Below are positions 13,501-25,068 of a DNA stretch of 64,000 nucleotides, piece after piece. The notes under the pieces were generated by a model that was not told where the DNA came from, did no database searches, and was given only the letters and a program-made list of their open reading frames with translations. The stretch comes from Anthoceros angustus (Eukaryota > Plantae > Anthocerotophyta): contig VJWM01000106.1 in the NCBI GenBank assembly GCA_010909165.1, positions 124,001-188,000 on the forward strand. The letters are read 5' to 3'. Numbering within the stretch: position 1 is the stretch's first letter; each line of letters opens with the position of its first letter. The position numbers and the translations under genes were made by a program.

Positions 13501-13968
13501 GGGTCAGTGGGTTGCCGGTGGGCGTGCCAGCCCTTCCCGTAGGTGCTCCGTCGTCGCGGGGCCTCCGGAACCAAAGGAGGGAGGTGGTGAATATCCTCCC
13601 ATACCTCCGGGCGAGGGTCCGTTCCAGTCGAATGGAATCCGGGATCCCTTCCCAATCGTCCTCCTCCCGGGCCCGTTTGGCCTTAGGAGGTCGGACCTCC
13701 GCCTCTTGCGCCTTCGATCCTTCCCGCTCCACCTCTGGTTGGGCCGCCAGCCCTTTCCGGAGCGCCCGCTCCTCTTCTCCCTCCTTCAGGAGGTTGAGGT
13801 GTCCCCATACATGGATGAGGAAGGGTGACAGTGCTGATGGAGGTGGCTTCTCGCTCCGTAGCTTCCTGGCCTCCTGGTTGATCCAGGAGAGGATGATACG
13901 CCCCCAGTCGGCCCTTTTCCCTCGCTGTAGGGCGTGCAGGAACACCAAAAGATTGTCACCAAGGTGAT
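10592..13968 (-). mobile_element. LTR-X copy A, 3' portion (solo-LTR-like element with internal ORF)
   Basis: Starts TGTGGCACGACTT, the reverse complement of the terminus at 24945. Has TATAAGAG on the minus strand near 11200. ORF piece DHLGDNLLVFLHALQRGKRADWGRIIL is homologous to 21540-21700. Cut at about 13968. Confidence 0.85.
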
Positions 13969-14499
13969 TTCATATCTTCAATTTCATTTTTTTTTAATTT
14001 TACTAGTCAACTAACAATGAGATGAATATAGTTACCGAGTTTGTACTCTCCAAATCCAATTAATTGTTTGTGGTGAGAGATGCTCCCTTTGTTCAGTGAT
14101 AGCGCTTCTTTTGAAGATTTGTATCAATCTCTCAAACAATGAAAATTTTGAAAGGTAACCAGCCCGTGTAGTTTCACGAATGGTAGATTGGCAATATTTC
14201 CCGACGATAGTTTGTCCAGCGTGACCTTTTTCAAAGATTCTCTGAAATTGCTTGCAATATGTGAACACTCTACAAACTCTTTAAAATCCAATGTACATTG
14301 TTTTCTTCCAAGTGAAGTTCCGTCCATGCGTCTCCCACCTGTGCTAGTATATTGTGCAAAACACAACAAGCTACAACCCACCGTACCACTTCCTACATGT
14401 TTCGGGCTAAGTTGATTTACTGCCTAAGTTCTCGTAGAGATCCCCATCTTCACCTTAGAATACCAATGCAATGTTCATTACAAACTCTTCTCTTTGCAA

Positions 14500-14920
14500 G
14501 TTAAAGTTTGAATTCTCTAACACATTGGAAGGTGGAGATTTGAAAGCTTCAATACAAAAGGGAGATAAACCATAAGCAAAATCAGTTAGCACAATAGTTA
14601 AAGTTTGAATTCTTCAGCGCATTGGAAGTTGGATATTTGAAAGCCGCAATACAAAAGGGAGATAAACCATAAGTAGAATCAGTTAGCACAATAGTTAAAG
14701 TTTGAATTCTCTAGCGCATTGAAATCTGGAGATTTGAAAGCCGGAATACAAAAGGGAGATAAACCATAAGCAGAATCAGTTAGCATAATGGTTAAAGTTT
14801 GAATTCTCAAGCGCATTAGGAGCTGGAGATTTGAAAGCTGGAATACAAAAGGGAAATAAACCATAAGCAAAATCAGTTAACACAAAAGTTAAAGTTTGAA
14901 TTGTCTAGCGAATTAGAAGC
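14500..14920. repeat. Tandem repeat, 97-bp unit, ~4.3 copies
   Basis: gttaaagtttgaatt recurs at 14500, 14597, 14694, 14791 and 14888. Confidence 0.95.
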
Positions 14921-15149
14921 AAGGATGAACTCTACATGTCAAAAGTGGGCAAAAGGGTCATTATATAACTTCATTCGTTAAAAAACAAAGAAAACTCCAC
15001 ACCCTCGTGGACAGCCTACATGAAAAACTATGATGCATTAGTCCACATCGTACATAATTTGCAAGTTGATGGAATACCTACAAGTCAGACATCTATTGTA
15101 GAGCACATACATCTTTCAAGGAAAAGTAAATGAATGTGAAGGAATCATC

Positions 15150-16790
15150 GGCCGGATTCTCATGGTTCCTTTCCCGCGACGAGGGAACAGAGACTGCCGT
15201 ATTGGCGGCATGTTCTTGCTTCTCGGGTGCGGGTGTAGGTTCATCTTTTTTGTCACATATCAGCAGATGCCCCTTGCCATCCTTTCGATACATGGCCATA
15301 TGTATGGCCAAGCCTGCAGTTATCAGCCATTGCATACAAGTCATGTCGAAGGCTTGCCCGATCAACCTGCACCGGAATGATTCAAACACACCAGGCGTGT
15401 GAGTGCCACCTGCACGAAATCCCATGGCCCGTTCTCGCTCTGTTATTGTAGGCTCCCCTACTTCATTTCCCTTTGTGTCTAGCACCATGCCTTCTCCTCC
15501 TTTCCTAACGCATAGGACTGCACGGTCTTAACGAGCGTGGGCCATGCCCTTCTTGGTTTTTCCACCACGTTCACTGGGTAGTGGGGTAACTTATCTCCCT
15601 TGCGCACTTGTTGTGAACGTTGTCCTGGACCCAGGATGTCATCTACATAAGCATTACCGGTATAATTAGCGGTGATACCTTAGGGGCCGCCCACATTGGT
15701 CCAAAAAGCACCCGATCGGCGTATGAGCGGTGCCGCATCCACAATAAACTCCTCCCCCAGCCAACTACTGAGTCGCCCATATTGTTTTCTAACATACTCA
15801 CGTCTGTCGAAAGCACCACACACGTTTCCGAGCACATACCAACAGGATGGGTTAGTCGCCTGCACTTCCTGCAAGATCCGAATGACTTCCACTACCAATT
15901 CCATGCCATTGCCTGCGCCACGGCCGGCTCTGGAAAAAGTTTTGCATTCCCATCCCGCGATCAACATATCTACCGTGCACCCAATGGCTTCAATCTGTCG
16001 CTTTCCTACCAATAGGATGTCCGCAGGCAGCCTGCTCTGGCATCCTTTGATTCCCTCTTTGCTCAACAATGTGGGGTACTCCCTCTGCAGCCGAATGATT
16101 CTGGTCCTGGCCACCGCACGCGCCCTCTCATCCAGGTCGACACATGTATATTTTCTTATCTGAATGCCACTCCTCAGCACTGTCTCTAACCCGCTGCTGA
16201 TCCCGGAGCACAGCTCCATCAGATGAATGCCCCCTTTTCCTTTGGCAGCTGGTTTCAAATGTTCACCACACAAGCTGGTAAGCCCGGACACTATGTCGAC
16301 CTCGGCGGACGCCTTTTTCATCCAAGCCTGCATTGCTTGTTTAAATGGCTGCATCTTGACTCCCAGATCTCGCAAACTAACCATGGGCACATCCATTGCC
16401 CTTTCCAGCAAGAGCTCCATACTGGGCGACTTTCTTTCTGAGGGGTTGACGGACTCATGATCTTCCACCTGCCTGAAGGACGCGGGCATTTTGAGTTGAT
16501 TCCTCGCCTCAGTCCTTTTTCCTTTGACACCTTCCCCCATGTCAGTGTAACCTCTCATGCCAGGGACCATCCCCATGGTCATCAGTGCGTATACGTCCTG
16601 ATATGAATCATACTCCTCACAAGTGGTATTCGCGACTCCTGGTGTGCTTGCATTCATTGCTAACTGGATCCTGCAGACTGTGCACCTCACTGAGAAGCGC
16701 CTTCCGAGTATAACTCACCGCTGGTTTCATCTTATCACCCAGCCGATCCCCAACTCCTTTGGGCTTAAGTTCTGGGTGAGCTTGCCAACA
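15150..16790 (-). pseudogene. C5-cytosine DNA methyltransferase (DNMT3-like), in the reading direction of element Z gag
   Basis: Motif I MELCSGISSG (~16191-16219), VDLD, motif IV IAGWECKTFSRAG (~15922-15958), motif VI as GNV (~15825), DAAP...RxxxFWTN, motif IX ERERAMGF (~15417-15440), motif X LIGQAFD. Preceded by the zinc-knuckle tail CWQAHPELKP. Frameshifted. Confidence 0.85.
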
Positions 16791-16794
16791 TGGC

Positions 16795-19668
16795 TCATTC
16801 AGCTGTTCCATGGGGTCCTGCGGGGTACAGCGGCTCAGTGGTATCGGAGGAAATCTGAGCCGCCTCGAGCACCCACACGCAACCTTGAGCATTGAAGGAT
16901 GCCTTCTTAGAAAGATTCCGGAATCGATCAAGAAAACTCGTCTTGTCAAACTCGAGAACAGGCGAGGAAAGGCGGAGAAGTTGGGATCGTACATCGAGCG
17001 GTTCTCGCTGGGCACCCCACTCACTACCATGCGGTGATGCGTTGGTTGGCGGTGGCTTATCAAGCCAATGGCTAAGCACGTCTTCTTGTTGGCGAAGAAG
17101 GATGTGAGCAAGGCGGTCGGGCGGCGGAGAACTATGAAGAATCGATGCACCAGCGGCGGAGGGGACTCCTCGGGAGGAAAGAAGAAAAGAAGAAGCGGGG
17201 TCGGACTCCGAGATGAAGAACCCTCGGAAGAGGAGGATGATGAGACCGAGGTAGCATCGGAGGAGGAAGAGGACTCTCAGAAGAATCCGAGGATGTCATG
17301 GAAGAAGAAGAACCCGAGAGAATTAAGAAGAAAAAGCCCGTGGTCGGTGGAAGAAGGAGGTCATGATGCATGCCGTGCAGAGGTCCCTGACCAGCTCCTT
17401 TGAAGGAAGCGGGGCTGAGGAAGATCTAGGCAGGTAATGAAGAGGGTGGAGGAGTTGACGATCAACGGTGAAGGATAAGAAGGCGTGGCCACCAGTCCGG
17501 ACTCATCATGGTGTGCGGTGTGTCACCAACATGGGCATTGAGGCTAGCGCCCCTCGGACCCGTGAACCGGTGGAGTATGACTACGGGGAAGAGTCGAGCA
17601 GTGGGAGGATGCATACCAAGTGCAAGAAGCACCACGGGACACGGTATCCCGGGCGATGTACCCCACTGGTCATCGTGCATCGACCTCCGTCTGACACCGC
17701 ATGGAGCCCCAGAATTCTCGGCGGCGGTGGTGCTGCTGGGCTTGGGAACCCGGGCACTACTCCAAGCGTGTCCATACCCCACTCGGCAAGGCAGCAGGGA
17801 CTTTGAGCTGTGTGGAGGCGAGGCGGGGCACATGGCGGGCGGTACCTTGTGTCGAATCCTCGTTCGGGCAGTGCGCTCGCCACCCAGCGGGGGGCCGCAC
17901 CTCGCCTCCCTCCTAAGTGCCGATGCTACAGTTGAAGGCCTTGGTTGGCGGAGTGGGAAGGGCAGGGAAGCTTGGGGCAGTGGTCGAGCAAGTTCGGCTA
18001 AGGAGGAGGCGGACTGGAGTCTTGGAAGTGTCAACGAAGCCGAAAGGAGGCGAAAGGAAAGGAGGCAGTTTAAGAGGAAGAAAAATGGGGATACGGATAC
18101 GGAGGGCCAGGACACTGCGAAGGAGGCCAGCCAGGAGGCGAGTTAAATCAGCTCTGCGGAAGAAGCAGACCAAAACCCGGAAATGTCGGAGAAGCGGACT
18201 CACCCAAGGCAACACCCAGTTCCCGGATGTGGTCAGTGGCGGAGATGCTTGAGGAAGAAATCCGGCGGGACCCAGTGGTCCGACCACCACAGGCGGTGGC
18301 TGGAAGGGTCAAGGGACGTGGACAAAGGAGCCATGCGCCTTTCAAGGTGGCCGACTTGATGATGGACCAACAACACTTGGTGTCCCTTAGGCGGTTGTTA
18401 AAGACAACCCGAGTATCGGCGAAGTCAGGAGGCCATCAGGAGACACAACCAGAACTCCTTGGCCGGAAGGGCAAGCGTGGAGGTAAGTAGTATCTCATAC
18501 GGACCACAGGGCGCCCGATGGTTCGGTGGAAGTGCGGGGTGTGTGATTAAGCGTGCCCTGGACACGGGGTCGAGTGAACCTCATCACGAGGCCACCATGA
18601 AGGCAGGGTTCACCACCTTGAGCCATCCACCAAAACCCTCGGGATGGCGGACATGTCCAGTGAGGAGTTGTCAGTCAAGCCACCATAGCGGGAGCCCCTA
18701 TACATTAGATTTCGTCGTCATCGGACCGCGGACCTGCAGGGTCAGAGGTCTGTTAGGGGCGACCTTGGGGACTCGCTCGAGACAAAACTACACTTGGACG
18801 GAAGGAAATACACTTCAAGCCGGTGTGGGATCAGAAGGTGAGGAAGGGCGGGTGGCGATTACAGGTAAGGACACATCTTGTGGTGGCCAAGCACCACGGA
18901 GGGTACACCTCCGCCGAAGGCAGTGGGGACGATGAGCGAGGATACGAATGAGGACTACCCTTTTCCAAAAATCTCGTGGTCGAAGAAGAAATGGACTACG
19001 GAGGGACACTTTTGGAGGCGGAGGTGATCGATTGCTTCAAGTGGAAGTCGCGGAGGGGCAGACAAAAGGGAACCCCCCTCCGGATGAGGAGGACCCCAGA
19101 AGTGACCGGTTCACCTCGACGAACTCTTGAGAATGGGGAATGCGTGAAGATGAACGCGGGTGAGGATGATGGCTTTGGGCGTGAGTGGCGAGGAAAGAGG
19201 CGGTCAATCCGGCGATGTGGAAGGCGTGGAGGTTCGCCCGGAAATTCCTAAAATTCCGCATGAGGTATGCCATCGGGAAACAAGACCTCACCACGATTGT
19301 TGGGGAATTGAGGTGTTCGCTTTCAAGGTCACGGACATGAAGGGCATTAGCGATGGGGCGAACAGGATAGATCTGAAGCCGAGGCGGTGCTGTTCGGATT
19401 CGGCGTATATGAATCCCAAGCACTCGCTCAAGGTCAAGAGTCTGGATAAGTGTCACAGGCGGACATCATCTTCCCAATCGTGAGTGAGAATGGGTGGCAC
19501 CCTTGTTGTCGTGCGAAGAAAGCGCAGGGCAGTTAGGTCTGTCGGGTGGAGAAAGCACGCCGAGAAGGACCATTTTCCCATGCCTTTGTAGGCGACTCTT
19601 TGGACAAAGGTGGCGGGGCGGATACTCCTTCTTGGGCCCGGCTACTCGGTACGGGCCACGATTAGACC
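16795..19668 (+). pseudogene. Ty3/gypsy gag-protease-RT(N-terminal) fragment (element Y), no LTR seen
   Basis: gag (LRGTAAQWY, DAFLERF, SYIERF), CCHC-like knuckle (CGGEAGHMA), protease (VIKRALDTGSS ~18540-18575), and RT start (FAFKVTDMKGI...RIDLKP...WVAPL...KDHFPMP...YSFL) ending near the GYxQI motif. Confidence 0.85.
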
Positions 19669-20487
19669 TCAAGATTTTCTTGGTGGTGACTGCTGCATAA
19701 TGTCCACCACCTAGTCCTTGCATGCCCTTTATTACCACCTCCGTCTCACTTTGTTGGGTACCTTCGTTCCATGGCCCCACCTTAAAGATGCAACCGTTAT
19801 ACAACGAAAGGCGTAGTGCACAAGGCTGCCCTGGACCCGGTTCGATTCGTTTGGTAGCTCCATCTCCCATAGGTACCGTTCAACTCCGCGCATAAGAGGG
19901 CCGCCCCGGCTCCCTTCTCACTTAGGCCAGCATCCCTGACTTAGGGTTTGTCCAAATTGTGCTCCTCTGCTTCCTCCTCTATCGCCACCATTCCTCATCC
20001 AGGCGGCATCTTCCGATCTCTGCGGGCCCGTCTTTAATAGGACAAGAGTCGGCGTTTTGGTGTTGCCGTCCTTGCCTAGTCTCCACTCAAATGTGAACTC
20101 CACAGCAAGAATCCACCTCATGATTAAAGGACAAAGTGCTTATTGTGCTTGGTAGTGATCAACATAAAACATGAACTCATTGAAAGGCAGTATGCCCAAT
20201 TTCTTAACGCGTATACCATTCCTAATGCTCTCGCTCCATAGTGTACCTCAATTCTGCGGCATGCTCTTCCAGTAGTAGTAGATTGGATGATCCCTCCGTT
20301 GTCGTCTTTTGGTGAGCACTACTCCCAGGTAAGCGTACACATCCACATACACATGGAACACTTTCCCAGTCAGGTCCTTTTAGTCTTGGGGCCGATCGAG
20401 TGTCTATGGGTCTCTGAATGCCGCCTCCCTCTCTCGGTGTCCAGGTCCATTCTTCCTCCTTCCTGAGTAGCTCTGTTAGCCTGGAGG
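19669..20487 (-). pseudogene. Gypsy RT C-terminus, RNase H and integrase zinc-finger start (element Y, inverted part)
   Basis: Minus strand RLTELLRKEEEWTW...PDWEK.FHVYVD, DHPIYY, MVYAL, RWIL..EFTF, then GGGHYAAVTTKKIL. Confidence 0.85.
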
Positions 20488-20492
20488 CCCGC

Positions 20493-23400
20493 TGTGGACT
20501 ACGGACTTCCTTGGGGGGTTAGAAATTAGGTAGGGTTTTGTTTTTTTGTAGGAGTAAAGGATAAAATGAGGCGGAAAAGGGAAATAAGCATGGGTAGCAC
20601 TCCGGACTCTGGGTATACTCCGGACCGGAGTGAGGCGTGCAGGACCTACTATGGTAGGCGCCACGGTAACGAGATAAGTCGGACCCACTCCAGGCCGAGG
20701 CGGGATAAATCGCCCGGAAAAGTAACTCGGGAGTTGAGCCGTAGGAGGCGGACGGCGCGCCACGTGGGCAACTCGAGTGGAGCAGGCATGCGGTGGCAGG
20801 ACCGTAACCTTGCAGGCCGTTATAGCGGTATTCAGTATTTGTGGGCGGCGTGGCGTAAGGCCAGGCGGGCGTAGGCGAATAAGCCATGCGGACCTGGCGA
20901 TTCGGACGGGGAAGGCGCCCTCCGCCCGGTTACTCCCAGGCGGCGAAGGAAGGTCATTCATTGCGCGACCTCGAGACAATTCTCGCGATCTCTTGCGCTC
21001 ATGATCCGGCTCTCTGGCGGTATCTCGTGGGACACTCGGGGCGTCTTGGCGGCTCACGTTGGTCGGGCGTGACAGCGGCGCAGCGTGCCCGGTCTCAAAC
21101 AAGCTCTGACAACCAAGGGAGGAGAAGGCGATGGCACCCAAAAGCCAGCGGAAGTTTGGGAGCCATGGAACCTTGTGGGCGCAACATTGTGACGGCGCTA
21201 TCCGGACTTTGGGCTCAGGCGAGGAGGTGGTGCGGGAGTGGCATTTGGATGTGTTCCAGATGGTCGGACATTTCGTGTCACTCTCGGGAGTTCGCCGGAA
21301 GATCTTGTGGCAATAAGGAGGAGGTGCGGTCAAGAACCTCGGGAGGACAAGCGATGGACCTTGGAGGTCTGGCCTAACCGCCCGAGGAAGAGGGGGTGGT
21401 GCGGGCCCCTCAAGGCGAAGGGAAGATAGGGCCGACCACGATCTAAGGCACAGGGCAGCGGACCACCAGCGGTTGGGCGATATCCGACTGTTGGACGGTC
21501 GAGTAAGGCGGTGGCCGGATCATTGTCCTGGAACCTACTCACCAAGGTGGATCACCTTGGTGATAATCTGATGGTATTCACACTGCCAGGTGGGGAAGGA
21601 TTATTTTGCCGGTTTAGCGGGAGGCTCATGCTCGGGGCCAGAAGCCTTCGCCATCTGGGCATCCCCATACGATCCATGTGGGGCATTTGCTCCTCAAGGA
21701 AGGAGAGCTTGCTCGGGAAAAGGGAGGCCTGGGAAGTGGAGGCGGGCAAGGCGGGGAGGGAGGCCGTCGCCAAGCGGACTCGGGAGGAGGGCGGGAGGAT
21801 TCCGGACTCCATCGTGCGAGCGGACCCCCTCACCACCCAGAAGTATGGGAAGAAATTCCGCCTCCTCCTTGGTGCCCCAACCAGGCGGCCCGATCCAGCG
21901 GCGGGCCCAGCCCAGCCCGCCACGGCCATCACTCGGTGAGAGCCCCGCCGGACCGGAGGAGCCGAAGAGCGCAAGACACGGCTACCACGCGGCACCTCGG
22001 TGCCGGTGCACCTTCCCCCCCGCAGGTGAGGCGGAGGAAGCGATGGGAGGCGAGAAAGGCGTGGCCCGAGGCGGGAGGACAGCAGCGGCACACCCGGCAG
22101 TCTGTCGCCCGGCCGGAAGGGCAAAAGGCTTGCTCCGGACTCCCTCACCTCCTCAAGCCCGGGAGAAAGGCGGAGAAGGGCTCATGGCCAAAAGGGCCAA
22201 GGAGGAAGCTCGGAGCTCGGCCTCGGGACCTAAGGGTCTGATTAGGTCCGAGAACCCGTCAGGACTTACTCGGACAGGTATGGAGGTCCTTGGCGGACCG
22301 TGAGATCGCTCACTTCGGACTTTGTGGGAGCCTCACCGGTGCGGCCGTGGAAGAAACACGGCGGGTCACAGCTTCGTCATGGACGGTATGCTGCAGTCTG
22401 GGATGGCGAAGACCCGGAGGTAGAAGCCACCGGGCGCATGGTACTCCTCCGAGGCGGTTGGAGGAGCCGGGAGGCGAGAAGGAAGAAGCTCTCGGCCGGA
22501 TTGAGAGGAAGCAGGGAGGCGAGAGGAGTCTGGTCCATCCGCAGGGGCCGGACCAAATTCCTTCGGTGGAGGCAGTGAAGCGGACCAGGAGGCCCAGCGC
22601 GGAGGACCTGCAGGCGGAGCGGCGAGCGAGGGCCAGGCGCCGAGCAGCGCGGGATCAGCGGGGCAGCCGGACGAGCCAAGTGGAGGCTCGGTGAAGGTGG
22701 CCAGGAGGCGGAGGCCGGCGAGGCCGATCGCGATCACTATCGTGATCGGGCCGGTGGAGGGAGGCGGAGAGAGCCAGCCAATCGAAGGCCGGCGGTGGCA
22801 GAACAAGCCGGACAAGCGGCGTCTGGAGGCCCGGCCGGGAAATCGGGGACCTCGAGTGGTATGCAAGAGTAGAAGGAGGCGGAGTTGGAGGGCGTGGGAC
22901 ACCTTGGAGTTACAACTCCAAGATGCGTCGGGGCGACAAGGAATTCTCAATGGGAGAATCCGGGACTTGACGGGAGATAGGCGCCTCCGGCTGCACGAAG
23001 ATGGGCGGGAGGTGGCGGAGCAGCGGACCAACCAGGCCCAAGAAGCTCGACAAGGAGGTGGAGGATCTCGGACTCGGCTCGGGAGGTGGAGCGGCGGCGG
23101 AGATGGAGGACCGCAAGGAGACTTTGGGCTGCGGCTCAAACTATCATTGAGAGGAATGGTAGTCTGCGGGACATGGTGTGCGGCAGGAAATAAAGCTCCG
23201 GCTCGGTGGCGCCAGTCGATGAAGCGATGGAGCAGGGAGGCGGGGCGTCGCCGAGATGGAAAGAACTGGGTGAAGCCGCGGTGATGGCCGTGTTGCCCGG
23301 CCGTCGGAGGCGGGAGATGGCGGAGTTAACGCGGAATGGACAAGGCGGGGCGGGGCGGACAAGAAGGCTGTCCGGTGAGGAAGGGAGCTGCGTTATGGCG

Positions 23401-24945
23401 CAAGGCGCGGTGAGCGGAAGCGGAGGAGTTGGAGCAAGTGGAGCAACGGCGGCGCGGGAGGTGGCCGGCGCCACTGGCGACCTCGCGGCAGGCTCCGGCT
23501 ATCAAACTGGCGGGGAGGTGGAGCAACAAGCGGGGCAGGCTCGGCTCCGGAGCATCTATGGCGAAGGGAGTATCGGTGCTCACGCGTGGAAGAGGCAATC
23601 CGGCAAGTGGATTCGGACTTTGCCTATTACCACAGAGCTCCAGAGGCCCTCGGCGCCAGCGCCAATAGGCGGACCCTGGAAGGCTCGGAGGAAGAAGGGC
23701 AGAGGCGCCGAGGACCCTAGGGGCCTGTTTGGAACGACAGCGGCGAAGGAGGAGCCCAAGAGGCGGGGCCAGCGGACCCCAAGGTAAGTTCACCACCACC
23801 CGATCCGGGGGGGGAGCTGCGAGGTGCAGAGGCCAAGACCAAGACAAGGGTCGGGGGTAAGGAGGAGGACCTAGCGATCGAGGTCCACGGGAAGGGTCGG
23901 AGTTTGGGATCGGACCCCGGTGTCATGGACCACGAGGTCCGAACCCGAGAGAGCAGGCGGACCCGGTAGGTCGGACTCGGAAATAAGCCGGACCCTTGGG
24001 TTCGGGCTCGGGTCGAGCCGGACCTCGAGGTCCGGACTCGGCGATGAGGAGCCCCCCGACTTACGCTAGGGGGCGGCGGTGGCCCAGGAGGACCAGGAAG
24101 GCCGAGGAGGATGACGTTGTGGTAGCTCGTCGACCGCCGTGTAACTGACGATTCGGGAGAAAGGAGGGTCCGCCTCGCGGATCATCCGATTAGGTGCGGC
24201 ATTGTCGAGCGGAGATTGGACCACCAATCCCAAAGGCGGAACCGGGACCTTCCAGCCACCGCGGCGAAGGAGATAGGAGGAAATAGGATGGTAGGCGGCG
24301 ATTAGGGCATCTTGGCCGTCGGCTCGAATAGGGGTGTAATAAAGGCGCCGACCTAGGCGTAGTATAAGAGGGGGGCTGCACAGAATAAATCATCTTTTCC
24401 TTGGTGTTGATGCGCGTTCTTACCTGTGTGTCTTCACGATAGCGTGAGTCTGAGTCAGGCGAGCACGGCAGCCGGAGGATCGTCGGGGTCTGGTGGCCGG
24501 ACCTAGCGTGTTGTGGTGTGTGCGAGTGGTGGCGGACCGTGCTCGTCGAGCAGCGACCAGCCCGACGGGAGCGTGTGGCCGGAGGACTTGAGGCGTCTGC
24601 GGGCGCGGACGGAGGCAGTGGAGCAGCGGAGGAGGTCGGGGCATGTAACCAGCGTCTTCCCTTAAGGCCGATAAGTGTAGTGTGAGAGAGAGGGTGGACG
24701 AGGTGTGAGGGAGGCGAGCGGAGCAGGGGCCAGGTCATAAGCGTTTGGCCATACCGCTGTGCGGTGTTTTGCAGTAGTAGTTGGGCGTGAACTAAATTGT
24801 GTGCGTTGGGGCGGGTGGGCGTAAAGTAAGGCGAAAATCGCTGAAAGCAGCGCAAGCAGATGCATCATTCCCTTGGGAGCGAACTCCTTCCTACAGCGAC
24901 CACGGGATTGTCGCGCCCGGTGGCCGTCGGTGAAGTCGCGCCACA
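20493..24945 (+). mobile_element. LTR-X copy B: complete 4,453-bp TGTGG...CCACA element with CCCGC TSD, inserted in gypsy RT
   Basis: CCCGC at 20488-20492 and 24946-24950. Host RT reads FAKR|ASRLTELL across the site. TATAAGAG near 24364. Degenerate plus-strand ORF at ~20900-23750. No gag, pol or PBS inside. Confidence 0.9.
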
Positions 24946-25068
24946 CCCGCTTTGCAAAGTCTTGGATGAAAGCCTATATTGTACCATGCCCGGGAATCCC
25001 GTAACTCCTTCAAGTTCGTGAGGCGGGGCGTGAATGACTTTCACCTTGTCTTGATCCACCTCTATCTC

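Noticed and set aside
14500-14920. Possible CRISPR array
   Set aside because: Whole 97-bp units repeat with no unique spacers, there are no cas genes, and the context is eukaryotic.
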